Shown: positions 9,630-20,475 of the stretch, piece by piece
How positions within the stretch are numbered: position 1 is the first letter of the stretch
How the letters are laid out: the number at the start of each line of letters is the position of its first letter
Origin: an uncultured Planctomycetota bacterium
GTDB taxonomy: Bacteria > Planctomycetota > Planctomycetia > Gemmatales > Gemmataceae
Assembly: GCA_963849325.1 (NCBI GenBank)
Contig: CAWKHF010000005.1
Coordinates: 576,001 to 640,000 of the forward strand
DNA length: 64,000 nt
Direction: 5' to 3'
The notes under the pieces: model-generated
Told to the model about the DNA's origin: nothing
The model's database searches: none
Seen by the model: only the letters and a program-made list of their open reading frames with translations
Translations under genes and position numbers: made by a program

Positions 9630-10786
9630 ATGTGTCGGACGTGTTCAGGGTGGGGATGGTTGGTTCTCGTCCTCGCGGCGACCGGCTGCTCGTCGAAGAC
9701 GGCGCCCGAGCCGGTGTGGATCGGTCAGCTGCTGCCGCTGGATGGGCCGAACCGCACGGCCGGCCGACACGCTCGCCAGGGGGCTGAGCTGGCGGTCGCC
9801 GACGCGGGCAGCGCCGAGCAGACGGTCGCCGGACGTCTCTGCGCCGTGCTGCACATCGATAGCCGCGGCGATCCTGCCGTGGTCCAGGCGGAGACCGTTC
9901 GCCTTCTGACGGTCAACAAGGCCGCCGCCCTCCTCGCCGATTTCGACCCCGTGCTGACGGAACGCCTGCTGCGTGCCAATCATCCTTATGGCGTGCCGGT
10001 GGTCGTCGCCGGAGAGATGGCCGCCGCGGCCGAGGGCGACGCTGTCCTCTCCCTGGGTGTGCCGCCCGCCGTGCGCGGCCGGCTTCTGGCCCAGTACGCC
10101 TCCACCGAGCTGCGGTTGTCCCGCGCCGCCGTCCTGACCGACAGCCGCCGTCCGGCGGCCGCCGCCCTGGCCGCCGCCTTCGTCCAGGACTGGCCGCGCT
10201 GCGCGGCGGCAGCATCGAGGAATGGACCTTCGCCACCACCGCCGAACGCGACGACCGCGCCGGCCGTGTCATCCAGGCCGCGCCGGCCGTCATCGTGCTG
10301 GCCTGTTCGCCGGCGGATTTCCAGGCCCTCGGTCCCCGGTTGTCCGCCGCCCTGCCGAAGACGCCCTTGCTTTACGGCGGCGAGGACGCCGGTGCCTCGG
10401 CCTTGCAAGCCGAGCTGGAAGCGCGGCCCGACATCTACCTGGCCACCGCCTACAGCGCCGAACATCTCACCGAGTCCGGCCGCTCCTTCGCGCACCGCTA
10501 CGAAGAGCGCTTCCACGAGGCGCCCGACTTGCACGCCACGCATTCCTACGACGCGGTACGCCTCCTCTGCGAGGTGATGCATCGGGCCGGTGCCGCGAAC
10601 AAGGACGCAGTGGTGAAGGAAGTTTCGCGCCTGGAACAGTTCGACGCCGCCACGGGTCCGATTCGCTGGAAAGACCATCAGCCCCTTCGCCGGGTGTTCC
10701 TCGTCGCGCTGAAGAACAATCAGGCGAAGGTCGTTCGCATCGTGGAGCCGGAGGACAACGGAGCACGGCCCGCCACGTCTCGGTAA
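9630..10786 (+). CDS. ABC transporter substrate-binding lipoprotein (LivK/branched-chain amino acid type); frameshift ~10200
   Basis: Lipobox LAATGC, IGQLLPLDG..G..A..GAELAV, DSRGDP, SYDAVRLL, FDAATGPI. Confidence 0.8.
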
Positions 10787-10797
10787 GAAGGATTTCC

Positions 10798-10860
10798 CCA
10801 CCAGCCCGGAGCGCCAGCGACGGGTTGCGCGAACCCGTCGCTGGCGCTCCGGGCTGGTGG
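10798..10860. repeat. Palindromic REP-like element, family B (CACCAGCCCGGAGCG..GCGACGGG)
   Basis: Long inverted repeat; related copy at 27994. Confidence 0.85.
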
Positions 10861-10952
10861 GAAGCGGAGTTTTCCTGGACTTCGCCGCGCCAACCGTTAT
10901 GCTGGCCCCCATGTCCTTGCGAACGTGGCGCCCAAGAAAGGCGGCGAGCGGC

Positions 10953-12295
10953 ATGGGTGGGGCAGACGGACAACGAATCAGTCGAGGTCAGTGGTTGGCC
11001 CTGGCGGCGGCGCTGCTGGGCTGGATGTTCGACGGCTTCGAGCAAGGCATTTTCGGCCTGGTCAGCCGGCCGGCACTGGTGGAGTTACTGCACCTGCGCG
11101 AGGACGCCCGCCTGGCCGCGGACCCCTCCGCGTCCGAAGCGGTTCGCAAGGAGGCGCGCCAGCGAGTGGACCGGCCGGTCGGCGCCTGGAATAGCGGCAT
11201 CACCGCGGGTTTTCTGGTCGGCGCCGCCCTGGGCGGCTGGTTGTTCGGCTGGCTCGGCGACCGCCTGGGCCGCGTCCGCGCCATGGTCTTCAGCGTGCTC
11301 ACCTACGCCCTGTTCACCGGCATGGCCGGGGCGGCCCTCGGCCCGTGGCAGATGGCCGGATTGCGTTTTCTGGCCGCGCTGGGCATGGGGGGCGAATGGG
11401 CGCTGGGCGTCGCCCTGGTCATGGAGAGCTGGCCGCAGTCGATGCGCCCGCTGCTCGCCGGTCTGATCGGCGCCGCCGCCAACGTCGGTTTCCTGCTGAC
11501 GGTCCCGCTCGTCCAGATTGTCGAGTCCGTGGGGATGCCCGTGGCTGCGGGCGGCTGGCGCTGGGCGCTGGGCACCTGTGCCTTCCCCGCCTTGCTCACC
11601 TTCTTCTTACGGGTGTTCGTGCCGGAATCGGAGAAGTGGCTGCACGCCGTCCAGACCGGGCCGCGCCCGCGCATGACGGACATTTTCACGCCGGCGCTGC
11701 AACGTCGCAGCATTCTCGCCGCCACCCTCAGCGGCATTCCTCTGCTCGTCACCTGGGGGGCCGTCGCCTCGATGATACCCGTCTGGGTCAAGTCGATGAG
11801 CAACGAGCAAGCCTGGGTCAACTACGCCCAGGCCAGTTCCGCCGTCGGCGCCATTCTCGGCGCCTGAGCGGAGCGCTGCTGGCGCATTACCTCGGCCGCC
11901 GCCGCACGTATTTCGTCCTCACCGTCGGTTCTCTCCTGATGTGTACTTATCTCTTCCGCTTCTACTTCCCGGTCGGCAGTGAACCGAAACCGGATGCGGG
12001 TTTGCTGTGGGTGATCGGCCTGACCGGCTTTTTCACCGCCTCCTTCTATGGTTGGCTGCCGCTGTATCTGCCGGAACTGTTTCCGACGCGCGTCCGTGCC
12101 ACCGGCCAGGGTTTCGGCTACAACTTCGGCCGCATCATCGCCGCGGCTGGCGCGCTCTTCATGAGCCACCTCCTCCATAATGTTTTCCGAGGCGATTACG
12201 CGCAGGCCGGCGCCGCCATCAGTCTCATTTACCTCGCCGGGTTTCTCGTCATTTGGTTGGCGCCCGAGACACGCGGACAACCGCTGCCGGAGTGA
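10953..12295 (+). CDS. MFS transporter (sialate/aromatic acid:H+ symporter-like); frameshift ~11865
   Basis: LGWMFDGFE, GWLGDRLGRVR, LGMGGEW, PESEKW, LPELFPTRVRATGQGF, PETRG. Confidence 0.9.
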
Positions 12296-12297
12296 GA

Positions 12298-12834
12298 TCA
12301 TCGGAAGGCGCCCGAGGCACCCAAAATCACGAAGAGGAGGATACCGCCCCAGTTGCCCAGCAACGTCAAGCCTCCCATGACGATACCGGCGATGGCGTGG
12401 CCGGTGCCTTTCGCGGTCGGATACGACTTAACGTAGCGCAGACCGAGAATACCCAGGATGAGGGCGGTCGGCCCGAGCAGCAGCCCCGCGCAGGGGATCA
12501 AGCTGAAAACGCCGCAGTAATAGGCGGCCAGGGCCAGGCCGTTCTTATAGGGAATGATGGTCGAGACCGCCTCCTCCGCCGGGTTTCGGCGGATGTCCCG
12601 AGCGCCGCGCCGCGGCCGAATCGGCTCGTCGTCCTCGTCGTCCAGCGCGGGGAGTAGGGTCGGCGTGATGTCCTCCGCTTCCACCGTGGAAGGCTCGGCG
12701 GTGATCGCCGCTTCCGAGGGCGCGGCTGCCGGAAATACCGCCGCGCACTTGGGACATTTGATTTTTTTCCCCGCGAGATTGTCCGCAACCTTCAGTTGTC
12801 CGCCGCATCCGGGACAGGTGAGAAATAAAGACAT
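12298..12834 (-). CDS. Zinc-ribbon + DUF4190-like membrane protein
   Basis: CPGC...CPKC N-terminus; IIPYKNGLALAAYYCG..GTGHAIAGIVMG. Confidence 0.75.
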   Translation of the reverse strand: MSLFLTCPGCGGQLKVADNLAGKKIKCPKCAAVFPAAAPSEAAITAEPSTVEAEDITPTLLPALDDEDDEPIRPRRGARDIRRNPAEEAVSTIIPYKNGLALAAYYCGVFSLIPCAGLLLGPTALILGILGLRYVKSYPTAKGTGHAIAGIVMGGLTLLGNWGGILLFVILGASGAFR

Positions 12835-12905
12835 GGGGCATCGCACTCCAGGAGAAGAGGATCGAGCGCCGAGACCATTAGAGCCACTGACCAAATGCAC
12901 TTGGA

Positions 12906-12988
12906 ACCACGGATAACACGGATAAAACGGATAAAGAAAACCAGAATACTTCTTCTGTCTTATCCGTGTTATCCGTGTTATCCGTGGT
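12906..12988. repeat. 9-mer tandem inverted repeat (ACACGGATA / TATCCGTGT)
   Basis: Three units on each arm. Confidence 0.85.
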
Positions 12989-13013
12989 CAAAATTGCATT
13001 TGGTTCGTGAGTC

Positions 13014-14372
13014 TTAACTCGGCACCGCGCCGAGGCCCAGCCCGGTGAGACAACCTGTTTCCATGATGCCGTCCGTGATGCGGAAAATGCCGGGGAAGCG
13101 TTCTTCCCAGGGTCGATTGGCGGCGGGTACGTACTGCCGCGCGTTGGACTCGATCGCCGACACGCCCGGCACGTGCGCCGCCAATCCGGCCGAGTGGATG
13201 AGCGACGCGCCCGGACAGGTCAGATCCTGCACGCACAGGAACATGCCGTATTTGCGGGCCGCCGCCGCCATCAGCAGCGATTGACTCTGGCCCTTGCACG
13301 CCTTCAGCGCCGCTCCGGTATAGCCCATCTCGCGCGCCAGCCGCAGGCTCTCCAGGTCCAGCAGCGATTCGTCGATGACCACCGGACGCAGCTCCGCCGC
13401 CTCGTGCATGACGTTGCCGCGATTCGCCTGGAGGTCGCGCGCCGTCGGCTGCTCGATGTAGGCGATGCGCTCGAAACCGTCGGCCGTCTGTTCGCGCAGC
13501 CGGCGCAGGAACTCCAGCAGGTAGCCGACGTTGCCGCAGCGCTCGTTGAAATCGAGCGAGTAGCACCAGCGCGTGACACCTCGTTGTCGTTGCGTCTCGG
13601 TCGTCACGCGATCGACGCCGACGACGCGGCCGACGTCCCAGGCCAGGTCGTCGCCGTTGAGCTTGATCTTGAGGTGCGTCAGGCCGTCCGAGTGAATCCA
13701 CTCCGGCAGCGTCTCCGGCAGGCCGTCGCCGACCGGCCGCGTCACGTCCGCCACCGTCAGCGGGTCGAGGGCGCCGATGAGATGATACAGCGGCAAGCGC
13801 GGCTGCGGCTCGCGGCTGATGTATCGATCCAGCGTTTCGCCCTGAAACTCGTCGCCGAGGTAGTGGCCGAGGTCGCGGCTGAGGAAATCGGGTCCGTAGG
13901 TGTGATAGCAGTTGAGGCCGTGGGCCTTGCCGTAGGCGTCGTGGACGGCGGCGTCGAAGGCGCTGGCGACGACCATCGTACACAAACGCGGGATCGGTTC
14001 GGCCAACCGCAGCTCTCGTGACAGCTCCGCCGCGGCGCGCTCGTACTCCGGCTCCAGCGTGCAGCCGAGGTCGATCGGATGCCCCGTCTCCGTGCAGGAG
14101 CCGGCGAGGCGAGCGATGCGCTCGGCCAGGGTCTTCATGGCCCCGAGTGTCGTCTCATAGTCGAGGACGCGCGAGGGGAAGGACCACACGTTGCCCAGCG
14201 GCATCGAGCCGAAGCCGCGCGCGGTTTTCCCGCTCCCCGTATGCACTCGGCACTCGACGTTGAGCAGGGTGACGCGATCGACGGCGATGCCGCCGAACTT
14301 GATCGGCGTGCGGTAGAGGAAGTCCTCGAACTGATGGGTGATTTCGTCGATGCGGATGTCGGTGGCTCTCAC
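13014..14372 (-). CDS. Mandelate racemase/muconate lactonizing enzyme (enolase superfamily) protein
   Basis: [32 protein letters not shown] start overlaps the upstream stop. Confidence 0.85.
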   Translation of the reverse strand: MRATDIRIDEITHQFEDFLYRTPIKFGGIAVDRVTLLNVECRVHTGSGKTARGFGSMPLGNVWSFPSRVLDYETTLGAMKTLAERIARLAGSCTETGHPIDLGCTLEPEYERAAAELSRELRLAEPIPRLCTMVVASAFDAAVHDAYGKAHGLNCYHTYGPDFLSRDLGHYLGDEFQGETLDRYISREPQPRLPLYHLIGALDPLTVADVTRPVGDGLPETLPEWIHSDGLTHLKIKLNGDDLAWDVGRVVGVDRVTTETQRQRGVTRWCYSLDFNERCGNVGYLLEFLRRLREQTADGFERIAYIEQPTARDLQANRGNVMHEAAELRPVVIDESLLDLESLRLAREMGYTGAALKACKGQSQSLLMAAAARKYGMFLCVQDLTCPGASLIHSAGLAAHVPGVSAIESNARQYVPAANRPWEERFPGIFRITDGIMETGCLTGLGLGAVPS

Positions 14373-15529
14373 GTGTGTGCTCCGTTGCGGGCGGCCTGAA
14401 CGAGCGCATCGGCGGCGCGGTCCACTTGCTCCTCGGTGGTGAATCGTCCGACGGTCAAGCGCAGCGCCCCTCGGCCGATCTCCGGCGGCACACCCATCGC
14501 ACACAGCACCGGCGATTGCGTGACCTTGCCTTCGTGACACGCCGAACCCGTCGAGGCGGCGATCTCCGGCACTTTCTCCAGCAGTTCCGAACCGACGTGG
14601 CCGACGAAGCTGGCGTTGAGCGTGTTCGGCAGCCGTTTGTCCGGATGGCCATTGAGCACGACACGCTCGCCGAGTCCGACCTGCAAACGCTGCCACAGGC
14701 GTTCGCGCAGCTCGCGCAAGTGGTGCGTCGCTTCCGGTAGTCCCTGGCGAGCGAGGACGCAGGCCGTGCCCAGCGCCACCAGGTACGGCACGTTCTCCGT
14801 ACCGGCCCGCCGTCCGCCCTCGTGGCCGGCGCCGTGCAGGTGCGGCTCCAGTGTCACGCCGCGACGGACGTACAGGACGCCCACGCCTTTCGGGGCGTAC
14901 AGCTTGTGCCCGGCCAGCGTCAGCAGATCGACGCCCAGATCGTTGACATCGACCGGCACCTTACCCAGCGATTGGGCGGCGTCGGTGTGCAGCAGCACGC
15001 CGCGCAGGCGCGTCAGGGCGGCGATCTCCCGGATCGGCTGCAAGGTGCCGACCTCGTTGTTGGAGTGCATGATGCTGACGAGAGTGGCGCCGCCATCCAT
15101 CGCCTGGCGCACCGCCTCGGGATCGACCATTCCCCGGCCATCGACCGGCATGACGGTGACGCGGCAGCCGAGGCGGCGAAGAAACTCGCATGGCTGCGTC
15201 GTGGCGGGGTGCTCGACGGCGCTGATAATGACGTGAGCGTCGCGGACCCAGCCGCCGGAGGAGCCGCGCAGCTTGCTGAACACCGCGCCCTTGAGGGCGT
15301 GATTACTGGCCTCGGTGCCGCCGCCGGTGAAGACGATCTCGTCCGGCTGCGCTCCGATCAGCTCGGCCACCTGTTTCCGGGCCTGCTCGACGGCATGGTG
15401 CGCTGTCTTCCCCAGGAGGTGGCTACTCGATGGGTTGCCGAAATGCTCGCGGAGAAAGGGCAGCATGGACTCGATCACCGCGGGATCGAGGGGCGTTGTG
15501 GCGTTGTAGTCGAGATAAATGGGAGCCAT
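14369..15529 (-). CDS. iscS: Cysteine desulfurase (IscS/NifS family)
   Basis: [48 protein letters not shown]. Confidence 0.9.
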   Translation of the reverse strand: MAPIYLDYNATTPLDPAVIESMLPFLREHFGNPSSSHLLGKTAHHAVEQARKQVAELIGAQPDEIVFTGGGTEASNHALKGAVFSKLRGSSGGWVRDAHVIISAVEHPATTQPCEFLRRLGCRVTVMPVDGRGMVDPEAVRQAMDGGATLVSIMHSNNEVGTLQPIREIAALTRLRGVLLHTDAAQSLGKVPVDVNDLGVDLLTLAGHKLYAPKGVGVLYVRRGVTLEPHLHGAGHEGGRRAGTENVPYLVALGTACVLARQGLPEATHHLRELRERLWQRLQVGLGERVVLNGHPDKRLPNTLNASFVGHVGSELLEKVPEIAASTGSACHEGKVTQSPVLCAMGVPPEIGRGALRLTVGRFTTEEQVDRAADALVQAARNGAHT

Positions 15530-15538
15530 CTGCGTATT

Positions 15539-16411
15539 CTACGAGGAAACCCTCTCCATCCAATCCACGAGTTCCCCCATCTGCCGCCGCATCTCCCCGA
15601 CCGGCCGCTGCACGCGCTGGCCGTGACCGGGCAGGACCCACTCGAACGACAGGCCGGCGAGCCGGTGCATCGATTCTGTCTGTCGCGGCCACGAGTACCA
15701 GCAATAATCGGGGTACGCTTCCAGGCGCCGACCGTGGCGGTCCCAGGCCAGGTGGTCGCCGGTGAACAGGAAGCGCTGCCGAAAGAGCAGAACACAGTGG
15801 CCTTCCGTGTGGCCCGGCGTCGGCACGGCCAGAAAATCCGGGGCCAGCCAAATCGGCTCCTCGCCGTCGAGAACGACCTCGGCGTCTGGCTGCGCCGCCA
15901 ACTCGGCCCGGTGAATGTACCGCTGGCCGCCGAACTGCTTGGCATAAAGCTGGGCGTCGGCCACGTCGTCGCGGTGGGTCAGGAAGATGTGAGCGATGCC
16001 GCCCAGCGCCTCGAAGCGGCGGACGAGACGAGGTAGGAACTTCGGCGAATCGATCAGCCAGTTGCCGTCGGGATGGCGGACGAAGTAGCTGTTGCCGCCG
16101 TAAGACTTCGGCGAGTTGAAGCCGCAGTAAGAGACTGGCTCCTCGATCATCAGCGGAAAGTCGTCGAGGACCGTTTGCGGCCTGTCCGCGCCGGTAGAAC
16201 CGATGGAGCCGGTGGGACAGCAGACGAGGGCGTGCAGGGCGCGGCGGCGGTCGTCGGGCGTCGCCGGTTGGTGCTGGACGAAGGCATGATCGGCGGCCTC
16301 TCCGAACACGGCGGGAGCGAGCTGCCGGCAGGTGTCGCAGTCGATGCAGGTTCGGTCCACGAAGAAATCGCCCGGCGCGTCCTCCGGTACTCGTTTCGTG
16401 AGGTTCGCCAT
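15539..16411 (-). CDS. Ferredoxin-fused MBL-fold metallo-hydrolase
   Basis: CIDCDTC...CPTGSIG; THRDDVAD, TPGHTEG, FTGDH, LPGHG. Confidence 0.88.
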   Translation of the reverse strand: MANLTKRVPEDAPGDFFVDRTCIDCDTCRQLAPAVFGEAADHAFVQHQPATPDDRRRALHALVCCPTGSIGSTGADRPQTVLDDFPLMIEEPVSYCGFNSPKSYGGNSYFVRHPDGNWLIDSPKFLPRLVRRFEALGGIAHIFLTHRDDVADAQLYAKQFGGQRYIHRAELAAQPDAEVVLDGEEPIWLAPDFLAVPTPGHTEGHCVLLFRQRFLFTGDHLAWDRHGRRLEAYPDYCWYSWPRQTESMHRLAGLSFEWVLPGHGQRVQRPVGEMRRQMGELVDWMERVSS

Positions 16412-16444
16412 GCTGCTTGCCCCTCCTCGCAGTGCGTGCGGCGG

Positions 16445-16717
16445 TCACTCGCCTCGTGTGGAGGCTTCGTACTCCTCGCGCAGCCGCTGGAGTCCTTCGG
16501 TGTTTCGGCGTTTCTGTACGGAAACGTCGCCGTAGTTCTTTTTTAGGCTTCCGGCCTTGCCCAGGCTCACTCGTCTAGTCGTCAGCAGGAACTCGCCGCC
16601 GTACTTGGCGATCTGCCGGGCGTGTTCAATGCACAGGCGCGTGTCGGTCAACAGCTCGGCTCGCTCCGCATCGATCGGTTGGCCGCAAATCTCGCACGGA
16701 CGGGTTTTCTCCGCCAT
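16445..16717 (-). CDS. TraR/DksA C4-type zinc finger protein
   Basis: CEICGQPIDAERAELLTDTRLCIEH. Confidence 0.8.
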   Translation of the reverse strand: MAEKTRPCEICGQPIDAERAELLTDTRLCIEHARQIAKYGGEFLLTTRRVSLGKAGSLKKNYGDVSVQKRRNTEGLQRLREEYEASTRGE

Positions 16718-16831
16718 CGGCTCTCCTCCTCGGTCTGGAGTTTGGTCGCCTCTCTATTGAATAATACGGCGGACGGACGCCGATGTTTCAGCCTGGCGAA
16801 GAGGCATCCCAGCCGGCGGCCCAGGCGTCGG

Positions 16832-17359
16832 CTATTTCGTGAAGTCAAAATCTCCGGCGGAGGGAGCGGGCAGGTCGGTCCAGGCGGCGCTGTGCCGAGT
16901 GAGACAGGAAGGTAAACTCTCGATGAAGGCTGCGGGATCGCGGGCGAAGAGGGCCGTCCCTTCGATTTCCCAGCCGGGGTATTCTTTGCCGTTGGCGTCG
17001 GTGACTTTCTGGTCGAGCGAAATCGTTCGCACCAGGTACGGTTCAGCGGGTGCGAACTCCCAGCCGCCTCCCGAGCTGACCAGTTCCTTGAGGTAGGCAC
17101 GCAAGGGGCCGGCGTCGTCTCGGTCGATGAGGCTGGGGTGCTGCCATTCCAGCTCGTTGGAGCCGACCATGCGCGCGATTTTCGTCTTCCTCCCCGGCAA
17201 GGGACTCAGCCCCCACTGGGAGTAGCGTCCCTCCAACCCGATCAGGTGCGGGCACGGTTGGGGCGGGTTGGCATCGGGATTGAAGACGACATCCAGGCTA
17301 TCGGTCAGGGCGATCTCGCCGTTTTGGCAGTAGGGACACTGGGCTAGTTGCCTTCTCAT
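16832..17359 (-). CDS. Hypothetical protein (CPYC...CPH putative Zn site)
   Basis: Clean ORF with GAGGGAG RBS, co-oriented with the downstream genes. Confidence 0.65.
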   Translation of the reverse strand: MRRQLAQCPYCQNGEIALTDSLDVVFNPDANPPQPCPHLIGLEGRYSQWGLSPLPGRKTKIARMVGSNELEWQHPSLIDRDDAGPLRAYLKELVSSGGGWEFAPAEPYLVRTISLDQKVTDANGKEYPGWEIEGTALFARDPAAFIESLPSCLTRHSAAWTDLPAPSAGDFDFTK

Positions 17360-17531
17360 GGCTCCCTCGTGTTGGGACGACGGTGGCGGAGGACTTACGA
17401 ATCCATCCCAGTGTATCTCGCCGTCCGGGCTATGCCTCGCAAAATCCGGGACGGCCATTGACCCTCGGACGAGACTCTGGCATCATTTCGCCGGGTGGGA
17501 AGGATGGCTGCACTCGGTCGAGGTCCCGATC

Positions 17532-19297
17532 ATGGAAGATCAGGCTCCCCAGGTCCGCTCCGTCGGGGCTTTGCTCCCCTCTCCCCCGCTTCGGGGGAGA
17601 GGGGTAGGGGGTGAGGGGGAGACGCCGCCCCCTCACCCCCTACCCCTCTCCCCCGAAGCGGGGGAGAGGGGAGAGATGCCGGCGAACCTGCCGCGCTCCC
17701 TGGCCGCCTGGCTGCCCTTCCTGTGGTCGCGCGTACTCTTTCCGGGCGGTGCCTGTTCCGGGGTCGAACGCTGTCGTCTGTCGTCGCTGCTGGTGCTGCT
17801 GCTGGTGCCGGCGGCGCTGCTCTATCCGTGCTTGTCGTTCCACCTGTTCGAGCCGGACGAGAGCCGCTACGCCGAAATTCCCCGCGAGATGCTTCAGCGC
17901 GGCGAGTGGGTGGTGCCGTATCTCCAGGGCGAACCGTATCTCGATAAACCGCCGCTCCTGTACTGGCTGATCGAGGCCAGTTACGCCGTGTTCGGCGTCA
18001 AGGTGTGGGCGGCGCGGTTGGTGCCGGCATTGGCCGTACACGGCTGCATCCTGCTCGTGTACCTGCTCGGCCGGCGCAGTCTCGGCGAACGAGCGGCGTT
18101 CTGGGGCGCCCTGGGCCTGGGCCTGGCGCCGGGCTTCCTGAGCATGGGGCGCCTGTTGTTGATGGACAGCCTGCTGACGCTGTGGACGACGCTGGCCTTG
18201 CTCAGCGCCTTCGAGTCCGTGCGCGGCGGCCGGCTGCGCTGGGGCTGGTGGCTGCTGGCGTCGCTGGCCTGCGGCCTTGGCGTGCTCACCAAGGGTCCGG
18301 TGGCCCTTGTATTGCTCTTGCCGCCGTTGGCATTGCAACGATGGCTGACCGGCACGACCTGCCGCGTCGGTCGGGCCGGGGCGTTCGTCTTCGTCCTCGT
18401 CCTCGCGGCGGTGACCCTGCCCTGGTACGCGGCCATGACGATGCGCGTGCCGGCCTTTGCCGGTGATTTCTTGTGGGAGCACAACGTCCGTCGTTTCCTG
18501 GCCCCGTTCGCGCACGAGCACGGCCTCTGGTTCTATGGCCCGGTCCTGCTCGCCGGCTTGCTGCCGGGTACGCTGCTGCTGCTGCCCTTTCTGCGATTCC
18601 TGCTCAGCAGCGCCCCCGACCGTGCCGGACGGCGTACCGCCGAACTGAGCTTCGTACTGCTGGCCGGCGGATGGTGCGTGTTCTTCTTCACGCTGTCGCA
18701 GTGCAAGCTGCCGACGTACATCATGCCGGCATTTCCGCTTCTGGCCCTCGCCCTGGGCCATTTCCTGGTCCACAGCCGCTGGCAGGCATCGCGTCTGCCC
18801 CGGATCACAGCCGCCGTCACCTTCACCGTCCTGGCCGCAGTCCATCATCTCGCATGTCCCTGGTACGCCGCCTATCGTTCGCCGGTCGGGCGACCCGAGG
18901 AGGTTCGCCGCCTGTGCGCCGATCCGACGATTACCGTTGTCTGCTATCCGCGCAACTGCGACTCGGCGGCTTTCTACCTTGGCCGCGACGACCTGCGCAG
19001 TTATCGCAGCAAGAGCATCGAGGAGCTGCGCACCCTGGTCCGCGTCCGGCCGCGCACGGTCATCCTGTGTACGCACCGTCATTCCCTCGGCGGACTGCGG
19101 CAGCTATTGCCGCCGGACGTGCGCATCGTGGACGAGGCCCACTTCGGCCTGCGCGATATTCGCGGGGTGCCGCCGCGCCTGATGAAGGTGCTCGTGCAGC
19201 TGATGGGCGAGACGGCCCTGGGCTTGTGCGACATCGCCGTGGTCGAACCGGGCTGGCGCCATCCGGCGCTATCCCAACAAGCCAACGTACCAATTAG
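17532..19297 (+). CDS. ArnT/PMT-family (GT83/GT39-like) membrane glycosyltransferase; both ends uncertain
   Basis: EPDESRYAEIPREM, YLDKPPLLYW, LTKGPVA, KLPTYIMP; alternative start 17676; ORF as assembled runs on to 20003 antisense to the gspF-like gene. Confidence 0.85.
17574..17673. repeat. Palindromic REP-like element, family C (CCCCTCTCCCCC...GGGGGAGAGGGG)
   Basis: Double-hairpin inverted repeat; related copy at 34401-34517. Confidence 0.88.
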
Positions 19298-20299
19298 CGA
19301 TCCGAAAAATCGCCACGATGATGATGAGGCCGACGAAGGCCCAGACCGCGTAGCCGGCCACGGCCGTCAGCGCCGTCAAACGCCGGCCCGATTCCTCATG
19401 GTAGTGCTCCGCCTGGTGGGCGAGGACCGCGTCCAGCGAACCGGATTCCTCGGCGACGGCGATCATGTGCTGAAAATCCAGCGGAAACAGGCCGCTACGG
19501 ACCAGCGTGGCCGTCAGTTCCTCGCCGCGCCGCAGGTCCATCTCGATCGCCTCGCTCCGTGCCGTGAAGGCCCGGTTGCCGCTCGCTTGCAGGCTCAGGC
19601 GCATGGCCTGGACGATCGACATGCCGGTCTCGGTCGTCAGGCGCAGCGCCACGCAAAACCGCGCCAGGGCCAGCGCGCGAAGACAGGGACCGATCCCCGG
19701 CAAGCCGAGCAGGAACGTGTCCAGCGCGGCGCTCTCGCGGAGACCGCGCCGCATCAGCGCATAGCGCCGGCCAGCCCGCACAGGAAGCCGAACACGATGC
19801 CGAGGAAGATCATCGCTCCGGACGCTCCGGCCAAGCCGATGCCCAACGGGTCCAGCGGTTTGGCTCCGGGTACCTGCGAGTCGGCGATTATCCCCATGAT
19901 GAAGATCAGCCCGGCCAGCACGAAGATGGCCAGCACGAACTGGAGAATCGGCCAGGTGCTGGCGGCGACAAACTGTCGCCAGAGCGTCCGCTGGCGAGCG
20001 TAATACTTCTCCAACTCGGCGAATACCTCGGGCAACATGCCGGTGTGTTCGCCCACGCGCGCCAGGGACAGAAACAACGGCGGGAAGAAGGCGTTTTCGC
20101 GCTGGAGGGCGTCTTCCAGGCTGTCGCCGCGGGCCAGGGCCGCGGCGATGCGGCCGGCCACCGGACGAACGCCGGCGGCGCCCTTGTCGGATTGGTGATG
20201 GAAGGCGGCGACGAGCGGCAAGCCCGCTCCGAGATAATGGCGCAGCACCCGGCACAACTCGATCAGGTTGGACAGGGACAAGCGCGACGAGAAGAACAT
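19269..20299 (-). CDS. Type II secretion system F / PilC family protein; frameshift ~19765
   Basis: LGAGLPL, GDSLEDAL, VGEHTGML, IAVAEESGSLD. Confidence 0.88.
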
Positions 20300-20344
20300 A
20301 CAACAGAGCAAGGCCGCTGGCGGCTTAGAGGCACTAACCAAATA

Positions 20345-20410
20345 GGCGAGCGGGGGGCGTAAGCCCCCTGTTGACGGCGAAAAACAGGGGGCTTACGCCC
20401 CCTGCTCGCC
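20345..20410. repeat. Palindromic REP-like element (GGCGAGCGGGGGGCGTAAGCCCCCTG)
   Basis: Inverted repeat downstream of the large surface-protein gene. Confidence 0.8.
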
Positions 20411-20475
20411 AAAAAGTTACAGCTTCTTAGCGCCGGGACAACGCGAAGCCGCCAGCGGCTGGGAAAACCGTGCTC

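Noticed and set aside
19298-20003. ArnT-like ORF extending ~700 bp antisense through the gspF-like gene
   Set aside because: The extension reads as antisense shadow of a high-GC gene; a missed stop from an indel near 19250-19297 is more likely than a real overlap.
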